DNA of 64,000 nucleotides, from the NCBI GenBank assembly GCA_965213925.1, contig OZ243927.1, forward strand, positions 1,760,001-1,824,000, read 5' to 3'. This DNA comes from Trueperaceae bacterium (GTDB lineage: Bacteria; Deinococcota; Deinococci; Deinococcales; Trueperaceae). Position 1 is the stretch's first letter, and each line of letters starts with the position of its first letter. The notes below the pieces were generated by a model. That model saw only the letters and a list, made by a program, of their open reading frames with translations. It was not told the DNA's origin and did not search any database. The position numbers and the translations under genes are program-made. This document shows positions 1 through 10,112 of the stretch, in pieces.

Positions 1-93
1 GTCTAAGCGTCCTAACAGTGTGCTGAGGTCGGCGAGCACCGACCGTTCGCGCCGTATGAGGTCACGAGCGGCGTCGCTCATGTCGAGATTCAT
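1..93 (-). CDS. 5' end of a gene running off the window edge; possibly a dynamin-like GTPase
   Basis: ATG at 93 reads MNLDMSDAARDLIRRERSVLADLSTLLGRLD and is open to the edge. TATGGT lies 6 nt upstream (leaderless pattern). Family guess is from recalled N-terminal resemblance only. Confidence 0.4.
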   Translation of the reverse strand, partial: MNLDMSDAARDLIRRERSVLADLSTLLGRLD

Positions 94-241
94 GGACGTA
101 CCATATCATGCGCACTACGAGTATCCTCTGGTCACGGACACGCGCGGTGAAACGTATGCTGTCTAACACGTACTTCAATGGGTGGTTCTCGTGCAATCTA
201 CCCGCAGTTTCCCGAGATAAGTGCTCGCACCTATTTAAGCA

Positions 242-471
242 CACCGTTAAGCAAGTATTGCTACTTATTAGTATGTCACCCTGTTCACGAAGTAGAGCGG
301 AGCTTCGCCGAAGGCGTGAGGGTCTCGTTTAGCTACGCTAAAACTCTGTAACTTTCATTCTCTGTCAGAGGAGTCAGCAAGGGCAGAGATTCTTACACTC
401 CGCGGAGTCTATCCTACGCCCGCCGTAGGGCTCCGTTCAGAATGACACGACTTATTTTTTACTTAACGCTG
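242..471. mobile_element. REP-based MITE, copy 1
   Basis: Ends CACCGTTAAG / CTTAACGCTG(TA). Internal GTCACCC..GGGTCTC and AGATTCTT..CAGAATGAC. Closely matches the reverse complement of 6655-6866. Confidence 0.8.
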
Positions 472-595
472 TAGTAGTGAGTATCCTCTATCTTCCAAAG
501 CTTTCCCCTTCGCAACTCGCCCCGATATCGTCTTCGCGCCTCTGGGCTAAAGTGTTTATGTTTGCTAAGCTCGAGCCAGAAACCGGAGGAGCGAG

Positions 596-2179
596 ATGAC
601 AACGGAAGCCGCCAACGTACCCGAAACGATGAAAAGGCTCAAAGCGGAACTCGCCGTTTTAGAGGATTTGTCGCAGGCGCAGAGCCTGCTCTCCTGGGAC
701 CAGAACACCTACATGCCAGATGGCGCGGCCACAGCGCGCGCTCAGCAGATGGCGACTTTGAGTAAACTGAGTCACGAGCGGCTTACCAACCCCAGCGTGA
801 GAGAGATGCTGAGCACGCTGGAGAGCGCCGCTCCTTCTAAAGACAGTACTGAAAGTGGCGCTGAGGACGATGCTGAGAGCGCGTCAGATAAAGAGGATGA
901 CGCGGCGCTTTTAGAGGTGACGCGCCGCAACGTGGCGCGGGCGGTCAAGTTGCCGAGCGACTTCGTCGAGGACTTTACCAAAGCGCGTTCGGCGGGTCAG
1001 CAAGCCTGGATTAGAGCGCGCGCGAACGCCGACTTCGCGCTTTTTGCGCCCCACTTGGACAAGATATTGGACTTCGCGCGGCGGCAAGCGGACTATCTAG
1101 GCTACGACGACCACCCCTACGACGCGCTCCACGACCTCTACGAACGGGGCTCGAGCACCGCCAAGGTCAGGACCGTCTTCGCCGAACTCCGCGACGCCAC
1201 CGTGCCGCTCGTCAAAGACGTGGTGGAAAAGGGGCGCGATATTGACGACTCGAGCGTCCATCAGCCCTTTGGCGAAGCCTTGCAAGAACAGTTTGGCACC
1301 GAAGTCGTGAAGAGTTTTGGCTACGACTTTGAACACGGGCGCTTAGACCGCACGGTGCACCCTTTCGCGACGGGCATCAGCAAGTACGACGTGCGCATCA
1401 CGACGCGCTATCAGCCCGACTTTCTCAACCCCGCGCTCTTCGGCACCATGCACGAGGCGGGGCACGCGATGTACGAGCAAGGAATTGCCAGCCGCTACGA
1501 CCGCTCGCCGCTCGGCAACGCGGTAAGTTTGGGGATTCACGAGTCGCAGTCGCGCTTGTGGGAGAACCTGGTGGGGCGGAGTTACGGCTTTTGGGAGTTC
1601 TACTATCCGCGCTTACAAGAGGTCTTTCCCGCGCAGCTAGGCGAGGTCTCGCTGGACGACTTTTACGCGGCGATCAATAAGCTCGAGCCCAGCCTCATCC
1701 GCGTCGAGGCGGACGAAGTGACCTACAACCTTCACGTGATGGTGCGCTTCGAGTTGGAGCTGGCGCTCTTGGAGGGGTCGCTCTCCGTTCAGGACCTGCC
1801 GGACGCCTGGAACGCCAAGTACGAGGATTACTTGGGGCTCACCCCGCCCGACAACGCGCAAGGGTGCTTACAAGATATCCACTGGTCGTTCGGTGCCATC
1901 GGCTACTTCCCGACCTACACGCTAGGCAACATCATGAGCGTGCAACTCTTCGAGGCGGCGAAGCGGGCGCACCCAGAGTTAGAAAAGGAGATTCGGCAGG
2001 GGACGTTCACGACGCTTCTAGGCTGGCTGCGGGGCACCATTCACCAGCACGGCTCCAAGTACGAGCCCAGCGACCTCTTGCAACGCGCGGTCGGCGGCGA
2101 GCTTGATGCGAAACCCTACATCAACTACCTGAACACGAAGTTCCGTTCGCTCTACGGCGTGGAGGAGGGTGATTCATGA
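596..2179 (+). CDS. M32 family carboxypeptidase (carboxypeptidase Taq-like)
   Basis: HEAGH zinc motif plus HESQ, HPF, DVRITTRY, IRVEADE and GYFPTYTLG motifs; GGAGGA RBS. Confidence 0.95.
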   Translation: MTTEAANVPETMKRLKAELAVLEDLSQAQSLLSWDQNTYMPDGAATARAQQMATLSKLSHERLTNPSVREMLSTLESAAPSKDSTESGAEDDAESASDKEDDAALLEVTRRNVARAVKLPSDFVEDFTKARSAGQQAWIRARANADFALFAPHLDKILDFARRQADYLGYDDHPYDALHDLYERGSSTAKVRTVFAELRDATVPLVKDVVEKGRDIDDSSVHQPFGEALQEQFGTEVVKSFGYDFEHGRLDRTVHPFATGISKYDVRITTRYQPDFLNPALFGTMHEAGHAMYEQGIASRYDRSPLGNAVSLGIHESQSRLWENLVGRSYGFWEFYYPRLQEVFPAQLGEVSLDDFYAAINKLEPSLIRVEADEVTYNLHVMVRFELELALLEGSLSVQDLPDAWNAKYEDYLGLTPPDNAQGCLQDIHWSFGAIGYFPTYTLGNIMSVQLFEAAKRAHPELEKEIRQGTFTTLLGWLRGTIHQHGSKYEPSDLLQRAVGGELDAKPYINYLNTKFRSLYGVEEGDS

Positions 2180-2203
2180 ACCACCTCTTATTATGTCTTA
2201 GTA

Positions 2204-2399
2204 CTCCGTCAGATAGAGAAGGAGTGAGGTCATTCTGAACTAGGTTAGAGCAAAGCTCAATAGGCTCTTAGCCTTCACCTGTGTAGTGCAGCGAAGTGAA
2301 GAATCTCTGCATTCGCCTTCTTGTCTAGCCGAGAGTGCGAGGCGAGACCCCTCGACGTGGCTCGGGGTGACAACAATGTTGCAAAACTAGTTGACGGTG
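2204..2399. mobile_element. REP-based MITE, copy 2
   Basis: TA-CTCCGTCAG...GTTGACGGTG-TA; internal GTCATTCTGA..AAGAATCT and GAGACCCC..GGGGTGAC. Confidence 0.8.
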
Positions 2400-2464
2400 T
2401 ACTTAGAGCAGCGCGGTTCGTCAGTACAGAGAACACGGAAGCGTAGCTTTGAGTTTCGACATCC

Positions 2465-3100
2465 TTACACAGGTGCTTGCGAAGCTGAGAGCGCGTCCAG
2501 GGCTTGCAAAAACGTCCCGACAGGTTGCGCGCCCGAAAGCCCATGTGTGCCGTTAAAGACGTAAAAAGGAACGCCCGAGATGCCCAAACGCTGCGCCTCT
2601 TCCTGACTCTCCCAGACCTCTTGCGTGTAAGCGTCGCCCCGCAAGGTCGCCTCAGCCTCCTCTAACCCGACCTCTTGCGCCACTTCTAAGAGGTCATCCA
2701 AACGGTTCAAGTTCCGCCCGTGGGCGAAGTACCCCCGAAAGAGCGCGCGCGCCGTCTCCCAGGCTTTACCCTGACGAGACGCCAGCAGCACGAGCCGGTG
2801 CGCGTCCACCGTATTGGGCGCACTCGCCACGCGCCCGAAGTCGAAGGTTAAACCTTCTGCCTCGGCAAGGTGCGTCACCTGCGCGAAGGCAGCTTCGGCG
2901 TTACGCATGCCGCCGAACTTTTCCTCCGCGAAGTCGCGCCAGGGCAGCCCCTCCGCGGGCATCTCGGGGCGAAGCTGGAAGGGACGCCAGCGCCGCGTAA
3001 CCTCGAGTTCTGACCGTTCAGCCAACGCGCTTTCCAACCGCGCCTCACCGATGACGCACCAAGGGCAGACGATGTCGGCATAAATGTCGATATGAAGCAA
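2465..3100 (-). CDS. DsbA-family (FrnE-like) disulfide oxidoreductase
   Basis: DIVCPWC motif and GISGVPFYVF cis-Pro loop. Start re-called at TTG 3100, downstream of GGAGG. Confidence 0.9.
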   Translation of the reverse strand: MLHIDIYADIVCPWCVIGEARLESALAERSELEVTRRWRPFQLRPEMPAEGLPWRDFAEEKFGGMRNAEAAFAQVTHLAEAEGLTFDFGRVASAPNTVDAHRLVLLASRQGKAWETARALFRGYFAHGRNLNRLDDLLEVAQEVGLEEAEATLRGDAYTQEVWESQEEAQRLGISGVPFYVFNGTHGLSGAQPVGTFLQALDALSASQAPV

Positions 3101-3138
3101 AGTAAAACCTCCAGACAAGGGTATGGAATCAATACTGT

Positions 3139-3230
3139 AGCAATCTAGTCGAGCTGGTTACGCAGTCTCCCGTAGGGAACGAACGGTGAGTTCCGAGCAA
3201 TGAGTGAAAATCCTTAGACTCATTGCTCAT
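3139..3230. repeat. GAGCAAT/ATTGCTC heptamer-based palindromic repeat (family B)
   Basis: AGCAATCTAGTCGAGCTGGTTACGCAGTCTCC..GGAACGAACGGTGAG..GAGCAATGAGT..ACTCATTGCTC; shared with the copies at 25337 and 40102. Confidence 0.75.
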
Positions 3231-3232
3231 TA

Positions 3233-3420
3233 CAGCGTGAACTAAAAAATGAGTTGTGCCATTCTGAATCCTACAGCGAGCTATAGGATAGACTCCGCGC
3301 AGCGTAGTGAAAGAATCTCTGACCTTGCTGACTCCTCTGACTGAGATTGCAAGGCGAGACCCCTCGGCTGGGCTCGGGGTGACAAGTAAGAGGTTGTATT
3401 ATAGAATTTGCTTAACGGTG
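3233..3420. mobile_element. REP-based MITE, copy 3, nested in a family-B heptamer run
   Basis: ctcatTA-CAGCGTGAAC...CTTAACGGTG-TActcattg; TA on both sides. Confidence 0.8.
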
Positions 3421-3432
3421 TACTCATTGCTA

Positions 3433-4065
3433 TCAATAACTCACCACCGGCGCATCGTGAACGTACGTATCGTCCGCCACTTGTTCAAGCATGAAGTCGG
3501 CGGTGTCGGCGTGGGAGATTTGGGTGCTCGAGTTCTTTCCCACGTACCCTACGCGGTACGTTCCCGTGTGGGCTCCGTTCGTGAGCCGAGGGCCGCGCAC
3601 CATCACCCAGTCGATATCTCTGTTTTGGCGGAGCACCTCGGCGTGGTTCTTCGCGTCTTCTAACACCTTGCCTGCGAAGGTCTTGAGTAAAAAGCGGATG
3701 ACTTTGTCGGCAAACTTGGGCTCGTCGTTCGGGTCTTCGACGCCTGCGCCCGTCAAGCTGACGAAGCGTTTCACGCCGCGCCGCTTCATCGCCGCGATGA
3801 TATGCCCCGTCGCCACGGTCTGCACGTCGTCGGGCGAGCCCTTCGCGTGACCGAGGGCGCTCAGTACGGCGTCTGCGCCGATGATGATGCGGTCTACGTC
3901 GTGGGGGTCCGTGGCGTCGCCCTGCACGAGCATAAGGTCAGGGCTCTGAATGGGGAGCTTGGACGGCGTGCGCACGAGCGCCGTCACCTCATGACCTTGT
4001 GCTAACGCCTGTTCTACGAGCGGTCGTCCTGTTTTTCCTGTTGCACCAAAAATCGCGAGTTTCAT
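3433..4065 (-). CDS. NAD(P)-binding oxidoreductase (atypical SDR, flavin reductase-like)
   Basis: GATGKTG Rossmann motif, VTALVR, DWVMVRGPRL, ISHAD. Confidence 0.9.
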   Translation of the reverse strand: MKLAIFGATGKTGRPLVEQALAQGHEVTALVRTPSKLPIQSPDLMLVQGDATDPHDVDRIIIGADAVLSALGHAKGSPDDVQTVATGHIIAAMKRRGVKRFVSLTGAGVEDPNDEPKFADKVIRFLLKTFAGKVLEDAKNHAEVLRQNRDIDWVMVRGPRLTNGAHTGTYRVGYVGKNSSTQISHADTADFMLEQVADDTYVHDAPVVSY

Positions 4066-4068
4066 TCT

Positions 4069-4974
4069 TTATTTTACCGTCTGCCCTTGAAACGCCTCTG
4101 CGTGCTGGCGCGCCCACATTTCCAAAGAGGTCAGCTCGATAGGCATTTTCTCGAGCGCCGCGTCTAGGTCGACGCTCGAGGAGAACATCTCCGGGTGCTC
4201 GTACGCCATCGCGTAACCCTGCGCCGCGCTCTCGCCCATGCCGGGGAAAACCGCGTCGATTTTCTCGCCGAATTCGGACGCGGGCATCGGGCGGAAGGTG
4301 ACGTCTCGCTCTAAGCCTCGGCTGAAACGTTTCGCGACCTCCGTGCCGCTGAGCTTCTCGGGGCCGCACACCTTGATGTTGAGGTCGGCAAGCTCGGGGT
4401 GCTCTAGGGCGTACACCGCAAAGGACGCCATGTCGTCCGTCGCGACCCACTGCATCTGTACGGTGTCGGGCGTCGGATAGGCGAACACATCATCTTCGGC
4501 AAGCTCGGCGCGCGTCCACGGACCCAAGAAGTTCTCCATGTAAGCGGTCGGCTGCAACACGACGTGCGGCAGACCGCTCGCCTGCAGATGCTCCAGGATG
4601 TCAAGGCGCACGTCGAAGCCGGGGTTGCCGCTACGCTCAGGGGGAATCTCGCCGCTGGTATTCCAGACCAAAAGGTCCACGCCCGCCGCTTTCGCCGCGT
4701 CGATAGCGTTCTTCCCGTAAGTGACGCCGTCGGTGGGGTTCTGGGTGAAGAAGGGGACGAGCAAGAAGACGGCGTCCATTCCTTCGCTCGCACGCTTTAG
4801 GGCTTCTAAGTCGCCCATATCGCCCTCGAAAACCTCTGTGCCGGCCAAGTCCTCGGCTCTGCTGGGGTTCCTTGTCACCACACGCACGCCGTGTCCCGCG
4901 TCTAAGAGTTTTTTCGCTACGGGTTTAGCTTGTGAGCCAGTTGCACCGTAGACTAATACGTTTTGGTTCGTCAT
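4069..4974 (-). CDS. NmrA-family NAD(P)-binding protein
   Basis: VLVYGATGSQ and PTAYMENF motifs. Start re-called at ATG 4974 with AGGAG RBS. Confidence 0.88.
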   Translation of the reverse strand: MTNQNVLVYGATGSQAKPVAKKLLDAGHGVRVVTRNPSRAEDLAGTEVFEGDMGDLEALKRASEGMDAVFLLVPFFTQNPTDGVTYGKNAIDAAKAAGVDLLVWNTSGEIPPERSGNPGFDVRLDILEHLQASGLPHVVLQPTAYMENFLGPWTRAELAEDDVFAYPTPDTVQMQWVATDDMASFAVYALEHPELADLNIKVCGPEKLSGTEVAKRFSRGLERDVTFRPMPASEFGEKIDAVFPGMGESAAQGYAMAYEHPEMFSSSVDLDAALEKMPIELTSLEMWARQHAEAFQGQTVK

Positions 4975-5052
4975 ATCGCTCCTTTGTTTTGATGAACGCT
5001 CGCCTAGTAAGAAAGGCATAAAACGAGTTTAGCAGCAAAAGTTCTATTTGTG

Positions 5053-5076
5053 AAGTAGTATCTAAAAAGTAACTAA
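5053..5076. promoter_or_regulatory. possible HxlR-family operator
   Basis: Imperfect AT-rich inverted repeat AGTATC-TAAAAA-GTAACT between the divergent nmrA and hxlR genes. Confidence 0.3.
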
Positions 5077-5159
5077 AAGAGGCTCGAGTAACGTTTTGGC
5101 GGCGCAGGCGAGGCGGGCACGCTTGACGAAGCTTACCCGCTGTAACATAATTTTAGGTA

Positions 5160-5489
5160 ATGAACCGAGATTACCAGGATAAAGTGGCGAATACGCCCCA
5201 GTGTACCGTCGAACGTACCGTCAACATCATCGGTGGCAAGTGGACGACGCTGATCGTGCGCGAGCTGCTAGGCGGCACGAAGCGCTTCGGCGAAATACGC
5301 ACCTCTTTAACCGGCGTGAGCCCGAAAACGCTGACCGACCGGTTGCGTGAACTCGAGGCGCACGGTATTTTAGAGCGGGAGGTCTACGCCGAAGTGCCGC
5401 CCAGGGTCGAGTATTCGCTGACTGAAAGGGGCAGGGCGCTCAGACCGATTTTCGACGCGATGAGTGAATGGGGGGGCAAGTGGACATAA
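5160..5489 (+). CDS. HxlR-family winged-helix transcriptional regulator
   Basis: C..ERTVNIIGGKW, KRFGE, LTDRLRELE, PPRVEYSLT. Confidence 0.95.
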   Translation: MNRDYQDKVANTPQCTVERTVNIIGGKWTTLIVRELLGGTKRFGEIRTSLTGVSPKTLTDRLRELEAHGILEREVYAEVPPRVEYSLTERGRALRPIFDAMSEWGGKWT

Positions 5490-6447
5490 AGAACATGGGG
5501 GAGCCGAGTTGGTTTCCTCATTAGGAACACTTAACAGTCTGGAGCGGGTGGCGCTAGGCGGTCTGGAGCAGACCCTCCTCTTGCGCGGTTCGCCCCGTAA
5601 CCCGGTGCTGCTCTTTTTGCACGGCGGACCCGGCGTCTCTGAGATGAGTTTGTCGCCTTACATGCGAGCCTTGGAGCGGCATTTTTTGGTCGTTCACTGG
5701 GACCAGCGCGGCGCAGGTCGGAGCTTCTTGCCGGGCATGTCGCGTGAATTTATGACGCTCGAGCAGCTCATCGCCGACACCAAAGACCTCGCTAAAACTT
5801 TACAAGGACGCTTTCAGCGGGAGAAGCTCCTGCTCGTCGGTCACTCGTGGGGTAGCGCCTTGGGCGCGCTCACCGCGCAACGTTACCCCGAGCTGTTTCA
5901 CGCGCTCGTGGGTGTGGGTCCGCTCGTGCACGGTCAGGAGAACGAGACGCGCTTTTACAACTACGTCCTCGCGAGGGCGCAGCAGCTTAAACGCATGGCG
6001 ACCTTGCGCCGCCTGCACCTCTTAGGCGAGCCCGACGCGGCGGCGAACAGCTTCTTGATGCGTTGGTGGTGGCTCTACCGGATGGGCAATCTCTTCTATC
6101 AGTCGAGAGACCTCTTCCCGGCGCTCTGGACGGGGGTGCGCTTCTATATGCCTAGAGAGGTGCCGCGCTACTTTCAGGCGCTCTTTTTTTCCCTGGAGTC
6201 CCTTTGGTCCACCAAGCTGCGGCTCAACCTCTTCGAGAGCGCCGCCTCGCTGCAGGTGCCCCTGTACCTCTTCGCGGGGCGTCACGACGTGGTCACGCCT
6301 ACCGACTTAGCGCAGGCCTATTTTCACGAGGTGGACGCGCCGCATAAAGAACTCGTGTGGTTCGAGCGTTCGGCGCACTGTCCGCATTTGGAAGAGCCGG
6401 AGAGCTTCGCGCAAGCCTTGGCGAGCCGAGTTTTACCTCTTGTTTAG
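5464..6447 (+). CDS. alpha/beta hydrolase (proline iminopeptidase-like); start uncertain, possibly TTG near 5509
   Basis: HGGPG, WDQRGAG, GHSWG nucleophile, catalytic D and H (GRHD, SAH). Confidence 0.88.
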   Translation: MNGGASGHKEHGGAELVSSLGTLNSLERVALGGLEQTLLLRGSPRNPVLLFLHGGPGVSEMSLSPYMRALERHFLVVHWDQRGAGRSFLPGMSREFMTLEQLIADTKDLAKTLQGRFQREKLLLVGHSWGSALGALTAQRYPELFHALVGVGPLVHGQENETRFYNYVLARAQQLKRMATLRRLHLLGEPDAAANSFLMRWWWLYRMGNLFYQSRDLFPALWTGVRFYMPREVPRYFQALFFSLESLWSTKLRLNLFESAASLQVPLYLFAGRHDVVTPTDLAQAYFHEVDAPHKELVWFERSAHCPHLEEPESFAQALASRVLPLV

Positions 6448-6460
6448 CAAACGCTTATTA

Positions 6461-6645
6461 CTCTGTCAACTAAATAATGAGTGATGTCATTCTGAGCGGA
6501 GCCCTACGACGAGCGTAGGATAGACTCCGCGGAGTGAAAGAATCTCTGCATTTGCCTTCTCCTCTGACAGAGAAGGAAAGACGAGACCCTCACGCCTTCG
6601 GCTCAGGGTGACATGTTAATAAGTAGCAATACTTTGTTTACGGTG
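6461..6645. mobile_element. REP-based MITE, copy 4
   Basis: TA-CTCTGTCAAC...GTTTACGGTG-TA with the same internal REP pair. Confidence 0.8.
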
Positions 6646-6654
6646 TACTTATTA

Positions 6655-6866
6655 TAGCGTTAAGTTGAGAAAATAAGGCATGTCATTCTGAGCCCTACAG
6701 CGAGCTATAGGATAGACTCCACGCAGTGGAGCGTAAGAATCTCTGCCCTTGCTGACTCCTCTGACAGAGAATGAAAAGCGAGACCCTTACGCCTTCGCCG
6801 AAGCTCCGCTCTACTTCGTGAACAGGGTGACATCAGTAAGAAGGCGTCAATACTTAGTTTACAGTG
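6655..6866. mobile_element. REP-based MITE, copy 5, tandem with copy 4
   Basis: TA-TAGCGTTAAG...GTTTACAGTG-TA. Confidence 0.8.
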
Positions 6867-6927
6867 TACTCACTTAGCAAACGCTTATTTAGTAAAGAGG
6901 TCCATCGACACCCTAAATTTGTCATCC

Positions 6928-8127
6928 CTACTCCGTCGACTGCTGCGCCGTCTGTCCTGGGCGTACTAGCTTATAGAGCACGGGGGCGTCCGCGTAGACC
7001 AAGAGGTAGTCGCCGCCCGCCCAGAGCGGATAACCGACCACAGCCCGCCAGGTCCTCTCCCCGACGCTGAGCTGCGTGTAGTCGCCCTGCGGCGACGCGC
7101 TCCAGCCGTCGCCTAAGAGGGTGCGCGAGGTGTCGCGCCCTAGTTCTCCTTCTGAAAAGAGCGTCTGCAGGTCGAATAGGGGGACGGGTAAGTCGGTTGG
7201 GAAACCCTCGGGCGGCGCGCGGTTGAACCAGGTGAGGCTCGGACCGCCGGGCGGCATCCTTTCGGGCGGGTTGCCGAGGGCGCGGTAACGTTCGCCGCGC
7301 AACGCCGCGACGTCGGACGTGGAGCCGCCCGACACCGCACCACCCGACACTGCGCTCGTCCCGAGGACCGCCGCTCGTTCGGCTGCCATACCAAACTGCT
7401 CGGCGAGCACCAGGTAGGGCGCGCCGCGTCCGGGCTCGAACAGGGTAAAAGGGCGCACCTGCTCGGGCGTCAGCTCCAGGCTGCGAGCGACCTCTTCGAG
7501 CCGCGCTTCGGCGTACGCCTCGCGCTCGGCTTCGCTCATCTCTCCGCCGGGCCAGAGTGAGAGGTTGTAGGTGCGTAGCGCGGTCCCCCCTGACCCTTCT
7601 TGCGGCGCGGCGCGCCACGCTTCGAAGATGACGCTGTCCGCGCCGGGGCGCAGCACGCGGTACTCGGCGATGAAGGGTTGGTCTTCGAAACGACCCTGGG
7701 TGCGCAGCGCTGCCCCTTCGCCCCAGGGCATGACCTCGAGGCTCACCATTTCGGGCGCGCTATCAAAACGCTCTAAAAGAGAGGGCTCCAAGGGGAAGAG
7801 TTCCGCCGGAATCCCTTCGGCGAGCGCGGGCACGGGCGCGGTGCCGCCGACGCCGCCCATCGCCTCGGCGTAGGTCTGCGCGGCGGCGCGGTCGGCGAAC
7901 GCGCCCACGCGCAGGCGAAAGATCGTGCCGCTCTCGCTCGGCACGCTCACCAAGTAAGCCGGATACCCCTCCCCGCGCAAACTCTGCTGCAGCGCTAGCG
8001 CCGCGTCCTCGTCGGAGAGGGCGGCGACTTGAACCGTATAGGAGATAGCCGCGCTCTGGCAAGCCAATTGTAAAACGAATAGAATGATGAAAAAGATAAA
8101 ATATGGACGTAAAGACTGAACGCGCAC
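6928..8127 (-). CDS. SPOR domain-containing exported protein, probable lipoprotein
   Basis: Signal peptide ending LAC; YTVQVAAL..A..L..L...GYPAY..FRLRVGAF SPOR pattern. Confidence 0.8.
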   Translation of the reverse strand: MRVQSLRPYFIFFIILFVLQLACQSAAISYTVQVAALSDEDAALALQQSLRGEGYPAYLVSVPSESGTIFRLRVGAFADRAAAQTYAEAMGGVGGTAPVPALAEGIPAELFPLEPSLLERFDSAPEMVSLEVMPWGEGAALRTQGRFEDQPFIAEYRVLRPGADSVIFEAWRAAPQEGSGGTALRTYNLSLWPGGEMSEAEREAYAEARLEEVARSLELTPEQVRPFTLFEPGRGAPYLVLAEQFGMAAERAAVLGTSAVSGGAVSGGSTSDVAALRGERYRALGNPPERMPPGGPSLTWFNRAPPEGFPTDLPVPLFDLQTLFSEGELGRDTSRTLLGDGWSASPQGDYTQLSVGERTWRAVVGYPLWAGGDYLLVYADAPVLYKLVRPGQTAQQSTE

Positions 8128-8383
8128 CTCGCTAGCGTACCACCCGTAACCCCTGCAAGAGAAGCTTTATAGGGCACGAAGCACAGTCGCGCAACGCTCC
8201 CGCTGGGCGAAGCAACGTAGCGGACTGGGTAGCAGCGCATCTTAGCAGCGCTATAGGTTGTGCTGAGTAGCGAGGCTAGCTCGAAAGGGGTAACTCAGGG
8301 GTGTTTTGCCGGGTAGGGATGGGGTACATTCGGTAGCGAGAAATTCTCGAGGTGGCGGGGGCAGCGCCAAACTAAGGAGCGTT

Positions 8384-9286
8384 ATGATCAACTTTGACTT
8401 CGGTCAAGCCTTGCAGCAACTCACCGAAAAGCTCACCGGTTGGGTGCAGAGCGCCGTCGTCGCCCTGCCGAACCTCGTCATCGCCGTTCTCGTCTTTCTG
8501 CTCTTCTACTTCGGCGCGAGAGCCGCTAGAAATCTTATTCAGCGCGGGCTAGATAACGTTTCACACAACCGCCAAGTCAACGGTTTAATCGCCACGACGA
8601 GCTACGTCGCGCTCATTATCGTCGGCGTCATGACTGCGCTAAGTATCCTCAACCTCTCGGGCGTCGTCACTTCCCTCTTGGCAGGCGTCGGCATCATCGG
8701 TCTGGCGCTCGGTTTCGCCTTTCAAGATTTGGCGGCCAACTTCATGTCGGGCATCTTGATCGCCATCCGGCAACCCTTTAATATCGACGACGTGGTCGAG
8801 ACGAACGACTACACGGGCACGGTTGAGAGCGTTTCGCTGCGCTCCACCTCGATTCGCACCTTTCAAGGGCAGATCGTGCTCATCCCCAATAAAGACATCT
8901 TCGGCAACCCTATTGTCAACTACTCGACCACGAGAAAACGCCGCATCGACCTCTCGTGCGGCGTCGCCTATGGGGACGACTTGGAGAAGGCGAAGGAGCT
9001 AGCCATCCAAGCCGTGAAGTCACTCGACTACCTCGACACGAACAAAGAGGTGCAGCTCTTTTACACTGAATTCGGCGATTCGTCGATCAACTTCGACCTC
9101 CGCTTCTGGATAGACTTTAAGAGCCAGGTGGACTATTTGCGGGCGCAGAGCGACGCGATTGTAAACATTAAAAAGAGTTTCGACGACAACGGTATCACCA
9201 TCCCCTTCCCGATTCGCACCTTGGACTTCGGCGTGGTCGGCGGGGAAAAGCTCGCCGAGGCGTTGCCGCCTAAGTTGAGAGGGTAA
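8384..9286 (+). CDS. mscS: small-conductance mechanosensitive channel (MscS family)
   Basis: GLALGFAFQD..NF.SGI, QPF.IDD.V, IPN and IPFP motifs; ATG 8384 after AAGGAG. Confidence 0.93.
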   Translation: MINFDFGQALQQLTEKLTGWVQSAVVALPNLVIAVLVFLLFYFGARAARNLIQRGLDNVSHNRQVNGLIATTSYVALIIVGVMTALSILNLSGVVTSLLAGVGIIGLALGFAFQDLAANFMSGILIAIRQPFNIDDVVETNDYTGTVESVSLRSTSIRTFQGQIVLIPNKDIFGNPIVNYSTTRKRRIDLSCGVAYGDDLEKAKELAIQAVKSLDYLDTNKEVQLFYTEFGDSSINFDLRFWIDFKSQVDYLRAQSDAIVNIKKSFDDNGITIPFPIRTLDFGVVGGEKLAEALPPKLRG

Positions 9287-9338
9287 TCATACCGCTACAT
9301 CCATTTCGCTGGTGCGAAAACTGCGCGATTGTTCCCAC

Positions 9339-10112
9339 TTAAAAGTCCTTCCGCTCAAAGAGCGTCACCGCGAGCGCGGCGAAGGCGGCAGCGTAGACGG
9401 CTAGGAGCATCATCGCCCAAGGTAGCGTGCCGCCGGGCGCGGCGTAGGCGTCCAGATGCTCGGTGAGCAAGAAACGCCCGAGCCCCGGAAAGACGACGAG
9501 GAGTTTCATGAAGATGAGCACGGACAGCGTCGCTAAGGCTCCCCCGGCAGCGTTCATGAAGATAACGGTGAAGAGCACCGCGAGAAGACCGATGGGGACG
9601 AGGCTAAAGGCGGCGACGAAGTAGGCGCGCAAGAGTTCGCCCAGCGCCGCCCCCGGTGTCGTTACGCCTTGCCCCAAAAGCCCCGCTTCGCCGACACCCG
9701 TGCCGCCCACGAACCCGCCGTAGCCGAAGAAAACGCCCGACACGAGCGAGGCGAGCAGGAGAAAGGCGAGGAGCAAAAAGGGGTAGGCGAGCGCCACCAA
9801 GAGCTTGGTGAGCAGCCACTGCGAGCGGGTGACGGGGCGCAAGAGAACGGTGGGCAAGGTGCCGTGCGTGCGCTCTAAACCGACCAGTTCGGCGCTGGCG
9901 ATGGCGACGAGCAGAGGCAGTAAGAACTCCATGCTCGAGAGTAGCGTCAGCCCCGGCACCTGGTAGCCCGAGACGATGAAAAAGCCGTAGATTTCGCGAA
10001 TACCCGGCGCGTACGCCCACACGATGGGGAAGAGCGCCAAGAGCCCCAAGCTGAAACGGAGACTCGAGAGGTGAAAGAGCTTGCCGAATTCCAATCTGAG
10101 GAGCGTTTTCAT
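9339..10112 (-). CDS. ABC-2 type transporter permease
   Basis: Multi-TM protein; E..GTL..LLRPVTR..L..KL; ends FERKDF; overlaps the ATPase stop. Confidence 0.88.
   Translation of the reverse strand: MKTLLRLEFGKLFHLSSLRFSLGLLALFPIVWAYAPGIREIYGFFIVSGYQVPGLTLLSSMEFLLPLLVAIASAELVGLERTHGTLPTVLLRPVTRSQWLLTKLLVALAYPFLLLAFLLLASLVSGVFFGYGGFVGGTGVGEAGLLGQGVTTPGAALGELLRAYFVAAFSLVPIGLLAVLFTVIFMNAAGGALATLSVLIFMKLLVVFPGLGRFLLTEHLDAYAAPGGTLPWAMMLLAVYAAAFAALAVTLFERKDF

Noticed and set aside
830..905. Acidic low-complexity insertion in the M32 peptidase
   Set aside because: Probably a tolerated surface loop; no intein or mobile-element hallmarks.
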